A DNA stretch of 64,000 bases from Salpingoeca rosetta (taxonomy: Eukaryota > Protista > Choanoflagellata): assembly GCA_033442325.1 (NCBI GenBank), contig JAWQFM010000002.1, positions 1,626,307 to 1,690,306 of the forward strand. Direction: 5' to 3'. Within the stretch, counting starts at the first letter, position 1; each line of letters starts with the position of its first letter. The translations under genes were made by a program, and so were the position numbers. The notes beneath the pieces are model-generated. The model did no database searches. It saw nothing but the letters and a program-made list of their open reading frames with translations, and was not told the DNA's origin. Of the stretch, positions 26,801 to 39,198 are shown piece after piece.

Positions 26801-29800
26801 AAGAGCGAAGCCAAGGACGCGCCTGGCCTGACAGCGCAGCACGTGCTCAGTTTCATCAGTCCGCTCATGGCTGAGCTGCAGAAGTCGGCAAACCGGGAGA
26901 TGACGCAGCCGCAGACACCCGAGCGCATGCGCGATTTTGTTGCGTCGCTGTGGTGCCACTCGGAATACGTTGTTGCGCTTGACATCGGGCACGTGCAGGC
27001 GCACCTGCCCAAGGCGTCACTCGATACCCTCTACCAGCTCATCATGGACTTTGTGGAGTGGACACCCTGGCAACCGCCACCCCCTGCCTCGTTTGCCGGT
27101 GGTGATGGCTACGACAGCGCCAGTGCCTCCCACGCTGCTCGGAGCAGCAGTGCTAATGACGGTGGCGCTGACGGTGGCGCTGACGCTGCTGACGATACGT
27201 CTGTTGTGTCGCCCTCCGAGACGACCGGTGTGACGTCATACGCCACACGCCTCGACACCGAGACCGTTGCCACGACGGCAACAACAGCCACCACGGCCAC
27301 GACGGCGACAACAGCGACAACCACAACAGCAGCTGCGCCAGCAATGGCGCGGGGCAAGCCGCAGCAAGGCCGGCGTCAGCGCTTGGTGCGGTGGGCGGAC
27401 ATTGATGGCAACCCCGGCAGCACAGGCGCAGCCCGGCCCAGCGGTGGCAGCGGTGGCAGCGGTGGCAGTGGTGGCAAATCAAAGGCACTGCCAGGGCGGC
27501 GCGATGGTGGTGCTGGCTACGCCACTCGTGGTGGGCAGTGGCTGAAGGCACTGCAGCACATGGCGTGCGTGACACTGCGCGCGCAATCTGGGCACGTGTG
27601 CATGGTGGAGCGTGAGCCGCATGCCCAGCCGCTCGCTGTTGGCCTGGCTGCGCAGCCCACGCGCTTTGAGCTGGCGTTTGGGGCCGCACAGCTGGTCGTT
27701 GCGCAGGGCCTGTACGGCACGACAAACCGCGACATTGTGTTCAGCTGCGCACAGCCACGGCTGCTGCAGCGCGACTTCAGCCCTTCGCAGATGCTGACAC
27801 ACGTGGAGCCGTCGGCGCAGCTGAGCCAGTTTGGGCAATTCTTTGCCGAGATGGAGCTTGCTGCGGAGATGCGCATGCATGGCATGGATGACGCTGCCGC
27901 AAACACGGGGTCAGGGCAAGGTGCAGGCGCCATGAACATCCCAGAGCTGACGTTTGTGCTGGACATGAAGAAGGCGGCCACGCGCACCACGACGCTGTGC
28001 CTGCAGCTGTGCAATTCCCGGCTGCACTACCACATTGACCCGTTTGGGCTGTGGCTGACGCGCGTCATCAACCTGCTCGACTTCCCTGATCCGCCCGACT
28101 GGCCCGCCTCGCCGCCCTCAACCTCTGGGCCCAGCATGACCAGGCTGGCCGTCTCCTTCTTCAACACGGATGTCATGTACAACCCAAAGCACATTGCGTG
28201 CGCCATGCTGGCGGAGGTCGGACGCTTGTCCGTCACCTCCAACATCGTCTCCAGCACGCCGTTCACCATCATCACCCTGGATGTCGACGACCTCAACGTC
28301 CGCTTGATTGACGACGTGGCACGCATCCAGCAGCACCAGCACGCCAGCGGCGGTGCTGGCGGTGGTGGCACTGGCAAGCGGGCGCCGGCCCTCGACACGG
28401 GGTCACGTGACTGGTTTGCTTGCGGCTGGCGCCAGGTGCTGTCTTCCGCGTACACACATGTCAACCTGCGCATGTGCGATGACAAGTCTGCGCCAAGCCT
28501 GGACGTGCTTGTCACCAACCGCGCAGGCGTGCTCTCCGTCTGCGCAGACTCGTTCATCACCCTGAGGGAGCTTGTCGAGTATGTGATTGACGATGGCGAT
28601 CTTCGTGACGCAGCCGTTCCCGTCAAGAAGGGCGACAAGGGTGCTGCTGCTGCTGGTGTTGCCGATGAGCATGATCAGGGTGCGAGCCGGGGCCAAGCCG
28701 CCGCCACCGCCGCCTCCACGAAGCACGCGCATCAGCGGCATGACGAGCGAGCGGGTGATGCCATGGGGATGGACGGGGACAGCGTTGCTTTTGCGGATGC
28801 ACTGGACACACTCAACACCGCACATGCGTTTGACAGCCACGACAACTTCGAGCATGCCACCGGCGCCGCCCACTACGAAGGCGAAGATAACAACGACGAT
28901 GATGATGACGATGACGATGATGAGTTCAAGACGGCTGTGACGGTGCTTGCGCCCGCGCCACTGCTGCGAGAGAGCCCCACCAGCACGGCAACGCGTGACG
29001 ATGGCGGCGATGCTGGCACAGGCTTTGACGATGTGGACAGACCGCACAGCTCGGCTGCGTTTTCCGTGTCATCAGCCGAAGACACGGTCGATGGTGGCCA
29101 GGAGCCGCGTCACAACCGGCGCCAACGCTCGGCCATGCTCGAGCGCATGATTGACACTACAGTCGCGCAGTACGAAGCCGAGGAGCGGAAACGCCGTGGC
29201 CACGATGGTGATGACCAAGGTGGCGATGATGATGACGACGAAGATGGTGAATATATTGGTGAGTCAAGCTATGGCAGTGGGGATGAAAACGACGGTGATC
29301 AGCTCGACAGTGACGCTGTGTCGCGTCGGCCACGTGCACGCCGGGCAAAGGACCTGCTGGGACAGCCGCTGGTGGCGGGCGGACAGATGACGACGTCGTA
29401 CTGGGAAGGGGCGAGGGAGGAGGCCATGATGGAGAGTGTGATGGAGCCCGCGCGCACGGATGGAGGCGGTGACGGTCGCCACTCTGCGAGTCGCGTCGGG
29501 CAGGCAGGCAGTGGAGCGGCAGGGCTTGGAGGTGAGTTGAGTTTCCACGAAGATCATTTTTCGAGCGCCAGCGGCCGCGGTGGGCAGCCGGCCCGCTTCC
29601 AGACCGTTGCCACGTTTACTCCGCCGCAACCACAGAAGCCAGACGAGGCGGGGCAGGGGAAGGACAGGGCATCGCCGCGTGCGTCGAGCAAATCACCGGC
29701 AGGTGACACAAGCACGACACAGACGGCAAGGGATGGCGGGTTCTTGGGTTCGCTGACAGGGATGGTCCCCTCCATGCCCTGGGCATCGGCGCCATACGGC

Positions 29801-32600
29801 GCGCCATCGCAACAAGACCACCACCGCCACCAGCAGCAGCAGGAAGACAGGCCATCAGCGCGGAAAGTGGATGGAGAGCGACCGGTGGTGAGTGGGCGGA
29901 CGTCTGTCACCGCCGCCACCAGCAGCTCAGGGGAGGGCGAGCAGGAGCTACGCATGTCCGTGGTCGAAGACAACGTGCTGTTGCAAAGCGTGCTGTCACA
30001 GGAGATGCTCGAGCAAGAACTGCAGGCGTCGCTGCAAGAGTGGGACGTTGGCGCCGAGAGCGACAGCAGCGAAGAGCGGCTGGCCATGCCCGAGTACATG
30101 CAAGAGCAATTCCTGAAGAGAAGCGGGGACGCAGAGGACCTGGAGCACCTCATGCACGGCTGGGGCTCCGATGGTGACAGGAATGAGGATGATGACGACG
30201 CCGCGGATCAGCATGCACGTGAGTCAACATATGAGGCATCCACTGGAGGAGCGTCAAATGGTGCGTCGAATGGTGCAGGGACACCAGCACCAGCAACAGA
30301 AGCAGCAGCGGAGGCGGGACGAACGAGAACACCTCCCGTGACGCACCGGCCCACAAAGCGCCTGTCAAAGTCGATGCTGCAGAACGAGGAGATTGTGATT
30401 GTGCACGACCACTTCCGGCCATCGGCGGCAGATGACGCAGACACGCGCGCGTATGAGTTCCTGCCCATGCCGAAGCAGCGGATTGTGCTTCGACGCATGG
30501 ACATTGCTGTGAGGTTCCACGAAGGGCGCGATTGGGGCTGGGTTGCCTCCGGTTCCAATGCTCCAGCAGCAACAGCAACAACAGCAGCAGCGACAGCGAC
30601 AGCAACAGCGCCAGCGACAGCATCAAGGCGTGGTGTTGATGAGGAGGAGCGCGGGAGATCGGCAAGCAGCGCCAGCGTGCGCAGCAGGGAGAGCAGCCAC
30701 CACGAGAGCGAGCAGGCCATGCGCCTGGGCCCACGCAAGGATGACGCGTTTGTTGAGTTCCGTGCAGAGGGCATGTCGTTTGTGCAGGAGCAGTATGCCG
30801 CGGGCCAGCCGTATGCCTCGCGCATGGTGGTGGCGGTGCGGCAACTCGACGTGCTGGATCGCATCCCGGCGTCGTTTGTGCACATGATGGTGACGCACTT
30901 TGCCTGCAAGGAGGTGCCACGCGAGAGCAACAGCAACATGTTTCGGCTGGAGATGATGACCATCCGCACACCCGGGCTTGCGCGTGAGGACGGGGTGGAC
31001 ACGGCTGTCACGTCGGAGGCAATGATGACGGTGGACCTGCTGCCGCTGCGGGTCAATATTGACCAGGACACACTCAACTTCCTGGCCTCGTTCGTGACGT
31101 ACGAGCCTCCCACGGAACGGATTGACGAGAACTGGGAGCTCATCTCCCGGCCCGTGTCGCCAACAGCGAAGAAGGCGGCGGCGGAACAGCAGGACATGAG
31201 CGAATCTGTGGAGACGCTGCGGCCACGACCAGACAGCCCTGGCACGCATCACGGTGGCAGTCGTGACGGGCGTGGTGGCGATGGTGACGATCGGAGTCAT
31301 GCCACCAGCAGCCGCCGGCATCACCATCACCATCGCCATCGCCGCGGCCACGGCCGCAAGAGCAGCATTGGCGACCTTGAAGATGTGGCGGAGGATGTGA
31401 CTGCTGCGACGCACGACACCGCAAGCGGACCCTTCCATGATGGATCATCATCATCATCATCATTCCGCTTCCCAGCTGCTCATGGCGATGGTGATCATGA
31501 TGTTGATGGTGATCATGATGGCCACTTCGATGACGCCTTTGCGGCGGGCGGGTTGCCACGAACAACATCGTCGTCCTCTGGCTCCTCTTCCTCGTCGGCT
31601 GGTGCGTCGAGCGGTGTGTACTTCAAGCTTGTGCAGGTGTCGCCAATTGTGCTGGTGATGGACTACGAGCCCAAGCGCTTCAACGCGCCCAGTTTCGTTG
31701 CAGGCAACCTGCGGGAGCTTGCTGGCCTCGTCTGGCTGAGCAATGCCAAGCTTGCGTTCACCCCCGTGACGATTCGCGGTGTGCACGGCTGGGACGTCCT
31801 TGCAACGCAGCTCATTGACGCGTGGATGAAATGCGTGGCAACGGCGGTACGTTTTGCAACACGGGCACACCTTGACAGCTGTCATTTCCTCGTGGTTGTT
31901 CAGCATGTGTGTGTATGTGTGTGTTTTTTTTTTGGGGGGGGGTTGCTTTTTGTGTTAGTTGGTTCATGGTTTGTATGTCATGCGTGTTTGTGCTTGCGTC
32001 TCCACGGCTGTGCCAATGTCCCTTTCCCCACATGGACTCACGCTAACACACACTCATACGCACAACACAACACACACACACACAAACACACACACACAAA
32101 CACAAAAACACACACAAACACAACACACAACACGACACAATGCAAACATTCTACCTCTGGCCTTTGGCTTTGGCGCAGCCGCAAGCGTGGAATCTGGTGC
32201 TTGCTGGCCTACCTGGCGGGTCGAGTGCGCAGGAAGTGGTGCGGGCTGGCGTGGGCATGTTCCAGCAGCCCGTCACCCAGTACCCGTATGTCCTGCGCGG
32301 CTTCCGCGAGGGCATGAAGCTTGGCCTGCGCACAACCGCCGTGGAGACGTGCAATGTGGCCACGGCGCTCGTGTTTGCCTTCCAGACGGCGGTCGAAGTT
32401 GCGCACGGCATGACCAGTGCCGATGACGGTGATGTGGGTGAGAGCCCACGCATGCGGCGGTCCAAGTTTGCATCGCAGCCCTCTGGTCTCAAGCACGGCC
32501 TCTCTATGGCATACGACGCGCTCTCCTCGGGCGTCACAGAGGCATACTACGACCTTTTCGTACGTCACCTTACTCTGTCTGTGTGTTTATGTGTTTGTGC

Positions 32601-32649
<49 letters not shown>

Positions 32650-32660
32650 GTGTGTGTGTA

Positions 32661-32698
<38 letters not shown>

Positions 32699-32876
32699 GT
32701 GCAAATTGAACAGGGGAAGCATCTTGTGCACGTCAGCATGCACGCATGCGTGCTGGAATGATACTTACATTTGGTACTGCTCATGTTGTGAACGCCAACA
32801 GGTTCGCCCACGTGAGCACGCACGCCGTCGCGGCACAAGCGCGCTGCTCCGTGCCATCGGTGCGCTCTTTTGCTTG

Positions 32877-32963
<87 letters not shown>

Positions 32964-33449
32964 GCAAGCGTGTATGTTTGTTGCCGCCTTTTGTCCATCG
33001 ATCGTTCGTGCTGTTCTTCTCCTTTGTCGTCGTCGTCCTCCTCCTGTTTCCTTTCATCCACCTCACCTCTCCTCTGTGCCCACGGCCTCCCTGTCCAACT
33101 TGTTGTTCGTTTGGCCTTCAGGTTCTGTGCCTGGTGCTGGTCTTCGCCCCGTGATTGCGCTCTGCCAAGCAACCGCGCTCACGCTGCAGGTGTGGTTTTG
33201 GATGCCGTGGTTGAACATTCTACTCTCACCATCTGACAGCATGTGTGCACTCCTCACTTGACATCTCTGCTCATCTGTGCATGTCTGTGCTCAAACCCCC
33301 GTCGGCCATTTATCCCACATCTTCCTTCAGCTCGCTCACCCACCGTCCATTCCCTCCCCCCCCCCACACGCACACACACATCGCAGGGAATCCGTAACGG
33401 CCTGAGCCCCGAGCGCATGCAGGACCTGCAGAACAAGTACAAGTCTTGA
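21765..33449 (+). CDS. ATG2: Autophagy-related protein 2 (chorein-N bridge-like lipid transfer protein), multi-exon with a ~6.9-kb central exon
   Basis: N-terminal chorein-like exons (FLKYKVHLEQI, YGYIGSVEGMIPY, CSITVNNIDLVLAP, EEGLDALTYLVKSI); large exon ~24917-31847 with SVCADSFITLRELVEYV, LLPLRVNIDQDTLNFL, VLVMDYEPKR; ATG_C end SKFASQPSGLKHGLSMAYDALSSG..GIRNGLSPERMQDLQNKYKS*. Confidence 0.93.
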
Positions 33450-34325
33450 AACCACCAGCGTTACAGCAGCCACGCCAGCCATTGAAGCCCATCATTTATC
33501 TCATCTATCGCATCGACTCGTCCATTTGATCTCATCAACTTTGTATCGTGTTGGTTCCTCCACACCACCAACTTAATCCGCTCATTATTTCAATGGAGGA
33601 CAGCAAGCACATGGTAAGTTACAGGCTTTCAAATATGTTCCTATACTTCCGGGGGTTTTTTCCGCCAATTGGCTATGAAGTGTCAAAGTCACACACGACG
33701 ACGAATATGCCATCCTGAATTCTGGATGGACGGGCCATGCTGAACTCTGAACTAAGACATGTATGTAGCCTGGCACATGACCAACCCATCCTATGAACGC
33801 GTCCTTTGCCTACATTTGACCTACTTGACCAGACATTCACGGACGAATGACCGTTTACAGCACAGACGCAGCTGTTGATTTGACGTTATGTTACAGCTGC
33901 CGTCTGAAAAGAACACATTGAAATGAAATGCAGATGTATTCCTGATATTCACACTGTTTGCTTCCGCTTGGTTTGTGAACATCCATTAAACATGACTCAA
34001 GTACAAATTGAAAGGTACAAGGTCTCACACTATGAAGAAGGTTGTGGTGGTCACGATGATGAGAAGACCACGCGACTATGCTTGCAGAAATACATCGCCA
34101 CGCGCGCGCGTCTTGCAGGTTCGCCAGCCCGAATCAATGGAGTTCACGGAGCTCTCAGAGACGAAAGGAAGCGGCGAGAGACAACGAGAACGAGAGAGAA
34201 GTGTGTGTGTGTGTGGGGGGGGGGTGTGGAGGTACGGACCATTTGGAAAACAAAAATGGGTGGATCATGTTGCCCCTTGGTGGACGGTGAACTAATCAGC
34301 ATGACGCCAAGCTGTTCCCAAGACA

Positions 34326-34759
34326 TTACTGCGCAGAGGACGGGTGCAGTTGCTCCAGGTAGCGTTGACGCGCGTCGATGCATCGTTCAAGCAGCGGGAC
34401 ATCAACATCTGGCGTGATCCGTCCAGCTTGCGCCTCAACCACAATGACAGAGGTCTGTGGAGATGAACGCGGGAGGGAGAGGCAGTTGAAAGGGGTGGTG
34501 GTTGTTGGTTGAGAGGGTCGTGTGGGTGGTGATGGGACATTCAGATGATGGGACATTCAGAAGCAAGCCAGCAGCGACGGTGACAGTGGAAAGAGCGGCG
34601 ATGGTAAGAGCCGCGGTGGCGAATGTCACGAAAAAGTTCCCAACGCCCAAACACACAGATACACGCACGCACACAGCCACACAGCCACACACACACACGC
34701 ACACGCACGCACGCACACACACACACGCACACGCACACACACGCACACACACGCACACA

Positions 34760-34829
<70 letters not shown>

Positions 34830-35093
34830 CAGACACGCGCGCCCGCACGCTACCTGGTCGTGAGCAGTGTAACCTAGAATGGTCCAAATATCGCCGCGCC
34901 GGATGGGGACCGGCCCGAGCAGCGCAGCGTTGATGCGAACACGCGCGCCACGGTGGCCCAGCACCATGGTCTGCGTGCTCAAGTCAAAAGAGTGGAGTGC
35001 ACCCACCACGCGCACGCACTGGCCAGGCGGGAGGCTCGACACGTGGCTTGGCAGCAGCACCACGTGAGCGTCGCGCGACACGATGCCCCACAT
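34326..35093 (-). CDS. TEN1: CST complex subunit TEN1 (telomere OB-fold), 122 aa
   Basis: Exons 34854-35093 and 34326-34454 splice in phase 0: ..[71 protein letters not shown]. Pattern and length parallel metazoan TEN1. Confidence 0.8.
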
Positions 35094-35164
35094 CGCAAAG
35101 ACCTCGTTGTCCACAAAAAGCGGCGCGAAAGCCACGCTCGCAGCGCAACGGACAAAGCTGTACG

Positions 35165-36016
35165 TCACCAGCGGCTTGGGTCGGATATGGCGCGCACGGG
35201 CTCTGTCAGGTGGAAGACGAGGTAGAAGACGCAGCTCAGCAGCGTGGCCAGACACACTGCAAACAGGATGGCGCTCCGGATCAGGATCAGGTACGTTTCG
35301 CTCTGAGGTTGGGCCGTGAGGGCGAAAGGAAATGCATGCAAGCGTTGAGGGAACAAGCGCGGGGCAACCGCAAGCGAAAGTGGTTAGGGGTCGCTGAGAG
35401 CCAGCTGAGGTGGGGAGAGGATCTGCGGAGCAAGTACGTGCTTATGCAGTGCAACAACACAATGGAACACAAACGTGCAATGTCAAACGTACTTCGGATT
35501 GGAGAGGGTCTGGTGTTGGCGGGTTTTCTCCTTCCCGTGGCCACGTCACCAAGATCAGCGTGATGAGTGCGGCGCCGGCCGCACACGCGATGGCTATTGC
35601 GCTGGAGATGTGGTGAAAAGGTGTGTATGTGTGGGGGGGGGAGGCGGCTTGGGTCAGTGCAAAGACGGATGTGCATGTGGCAAGTGAAGGGGGGAGGGGC
35701 TCCAGCAACACTGTGGATGGCAGGGAGACAGGGGAAGAGACAGAGAGAGACAGAGAGACAGAGAGAGACAGAGAGAGAGAGAGAGAGACAGAGAGACAGA
35801 GAGAGAGACAGACAGACAGACACACACATGCACACATTGACACACACATACACACAATCACACACACACACACACATCTCACACAAACGCAGACACACAC
35901 AGACACACACATGCAACTGACCGAGGGTGTTTGGTGCGCTGTGCCAAGACGGAGACCACAATCACCACACACCACACCACCACCAACACAATGGAGCCAG
36001 TCCCAAGATCCAGCAT
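35165..36016 (-). CDS. TMEM218: TMEM218 ciliary transition-zone membrane protein (3 TM), 113 aa
   Basis: Exons 35922-36016, 35493-35601 and 35165-35302 splice in frame: MLDLGTGSIVLVVVWCVVIVVSVLAQRTKHPRAIAIACAAGAALITLILVTWPREGENPPTP..LIRSAILFAVCLATLLSCVFYLVFHLTEPVRA... Matches TMEM218 motifs G.G..L..W, PR.GE.P.P and H..EP..A. Confidence 0.82.
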
Positions 36017-36048
36017 GCTATCCGCCACCACAAACACACGTCTGAGCC

Positions 36049-36077
36049 GCCGCGATAACCGAGGCCGCGATAACCGA
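36049..36077. promoter_or_regulatory. 14-bp direct repeat GCCGCGATAACCGA x2 in the TMEM218/RTK divergent promoter
   Basis: Exact copies at 36049-36062 and 36064-36077 in the ~130-bp gap between the two start codons. The repeat is certain; its regulatory role is inferred. Confidence 0.35.
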
Positions 36078-36149
36078 CAGGCGTCGACACCACGAAATGC
36101 GGTCAGTCCATTTTGGCTCCTTCCACCACCCAAAACAACAAGACGGAAG

Positions 36150-39100
36150 ATGCGTCGCCGCACCGCCCCTGTGCTGCCAGATGATGCAGCAGCAGCAGTG
36201 GCGACGATGCTGCTTGCAGTGACGACCATCATCATGAGCAGCGGGCCGGCTCGTTTCGTTGCTGTGGTACAGGGTGCGCAGTGCCAGGCGACGTACAACG
36301 GGTTTATGGGCACCCAATGCGACACGACCGCGACGACGTGCGCGTTGCGGTGCTCCCAGGACGGGCCAACCACATCTGTGCTCTGCGATGACATCCCCGA
36401 GGACGTGGACTGCGCAGGTGCCATCTGCTCCACCTGCTCCTGCATCAACTCGAATGCGGAGATCTACTGCGACGCCAACCAGCTGGCATTTCCTTCCGGA
36501 ATCCCCGTTAACACGCAGTTCCTTCGGTGGCAGGTTGAGCGCGCAGACAACATCAACATCGCCACACTGGACAGCACCTTCATCCGCTCCAGCAACAGCC
36601 TCGCCAGCGTGCGCCTCGTCGGCGTGCACTTCAACACCGTGCATCCCAGCTTCTTCCAGTCCCTGTCGGGGATCAACACGGTGGAGATTGCCAGCGCCGA
36701 TCTCACCACCTTTCCGTGGCAGGTCCTTGAGGACCTCACTGCCCTGCTGCGGCTGGAGCTGACCAGCAATCGCCTGCAGAGCTTCGACGCCAGCGTCACC
36801 CTGAAAGCGCCCACGCTGCGCGTTCTGCAGCTCTCCGCCAACCGCATCAGCCAGTTCACGCCGCTCCCAGAGGGCGCCGTCCACCCCAACATGTACCAGC
36901 TTGTGATGCGCAGCAACCCCTTGCCGACAGCGGCCAACCTCACGCGCGGCATGCCGAACCTGAGCGTCCTCTCGGTCGGCGAGACGCGGTTCACCTACTT
37001 GCCCCGGTCCATCGTCGACCCGGGCATCGACCCGCTCCTCACCTTTGAGGTCGCAGTCTCCGCTGTCGTGCACATTCCATTTGCCATGGTCACGGACATT
37101 GTTGTGCACCCAGCGACGGGGCTGCTGCCCGTCGTCATCGCCAGCAGCCCGTCCACGTGCGAGTCTGTGCAGCGGCAGGGGCGAAACGGACACACGTACC
37201 TCGACTTTGTCTGCACGTGCGAGATGCACTACGACACGTTTGTTGTGACGCTCACAGACATGACACACTGCCCGCTCCCACTGCGGCTGGCATGCCCGCT
37301 GGGGAATGTGCCGCTGAAGCAGCTGCGCCTGGACCAGTTCTGCGACGGCACCCCCGACTGCGAGAATGGCATTGATGAAATCTGCCAGCAGGACTCGCGC
37401 CTGCGTGCCCAGGACCCACCAGGCTGCCTCGACACACTGCTTGGCCTGCCCACCCCTGGCAGCGGGCGCCTGGTTCTGTCGATGACCAACGGCCTGGCCA
37501 CGGGGAACATCACGCAAGATGGCAACACGTATGCCCGGCTGCGGAGCGTGTTCCACGGCGTGCGGGAGCCAAACGTGGACGTGAGCCTCCGCTTTGCTGG
37601 CTACTTGGTGGATATCGACGGCATATACATTCCCCTCCCTGCAAGGTACGTTCAAAAGAGGGAGATGGCGCGCCTTCTGTGTGTGTGTGTGTATGTTTGT
37701 GTGAATGTGTGCGTGTATGTGTGTGCATGTGTGCGTGTGCATGTGCCTGTTTGTATGTGTGCGTGTGTGCGTGTGCGTGTGTATGTGTGAGTGTGTGTGT
37801 GTATTTGTCTGTTTGACCAGCGTGTAGTTTTGATGTGCATGTGCGTCATGACCTGCTCTTTCCCCTTACTCTCCCATCTGATATCCACGTCACCCACGAA
37901 TGCACACGAAACACTCACACACATGGATACACACACATACACGCATACACAGAGGCATCCAGTCGTTCATGGGCGAAACGCACATGCGCGTGTACACGAG
38001 CGGGCGCACCACTGGCCCGCACTGTGACGTGCGGTGGAGAGACGGATCAGGGGTGCCAGACCCACTCCCAGACAGCGCTTTCGACTACCCAGAGTCTGTC
38101 GACGACAACCCGGCCCTGCTCGAGGTCCTGCCGTCATATGAACAGATCTTGGGCATCATCCCTTCATCTTCATCGACCACGCCCCTCGGCCCCGGTGCAC
38201 AGTCATCCTCGTCGCAGTCAACGAGCACGTCGGACCCGGGGTCCGGTTCGCCAAAGGACAGCAAGTCCTCCTCCAACGCTGTTGGCGCAGCTGTGGGCGG
38301 TGTCATTGGCGCTGTCGTCTGCATTGGTCTCCTCTTCCTCGTGCTTCGCTCCCGCAACTTGCAGACGTGCCGCCACGACGATGGCGAGGGGCTGGCAGGA
38401 GGTGGGGCGCGCAAACGCTCAAGCCGCTTCTCTGCCGACGCTGGAGTCACGGGCGACGTGACAGATGTGCTCCTGCAGCGCTCAAAGCGCGTGTTTGCTG
38501 TGGAGTACCCAAAACTTGTGGCAGACACGGATGCGTTTGAGTCCGCGTTTCGCTCCAAGTTTGTGGAGCAGAGCGGCGTGCGCTTGGGGCAAGCCCTCGG
38601 GCGCGGGCGGTTTGGGCCCATTCACGAGGCGTCCATGTGCAACACCATGATGACAAACCCAATGCACGCCGCGCAGCATCGCAGCGACGACATGGCCCTG
38701 GCAGAGACAGTCACGGCGCAGCTGCTCACGCACGAGGACCCAGACGTGCAGTTGGAGTTTCTGGTGCAGGCGCGCGTGCTGCTTGCCCTCTCCCGCCACC
38801 CAAGCGTCCTCGCCCTTCGCGGCGTCGTTGTCGATGCATCGCCCCTCATGTGCATGACAGAGGTGATGGCGCAGGGCACGCTGGCGCAATTCTTCCGACA
38901 ACTCAACAGCAGCGGCAGCACCAGCAGTGGCAGAAGCAGCGGCCACCACCACGGCGCTGTTGCACAAGCAGATTTGTTGCAGTGCCTGCACAAGGTGGCG
39001 GCGGGCCTCACGTTCATCGAGTCCAAGTACATTGTGCATCGCAACCTGTCGCTGGAGGCCATCCATATTAGGCAGTCGCTTGCAGACGTGCGCATCAGCG

Positions 39101-39156
39101 GCTTTGCCCTTGCTCGAAACGTCTACCGCACAGATGTGTACCTCAGCCACCACCAC

Positions 39157-39198
<42 letters not shown>

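Noticed and set aside
35165-35356. V-ATPase subunit e or PIG-Y-like small ORF
   Set aside because: Splicing to two upstream exons gives a better full-length TMEM218 match.
36018-37742. 574-aa - strand ORF opposite RTK exon 1
   Set aside because: Antisense shadow from codon bias; no motifs.
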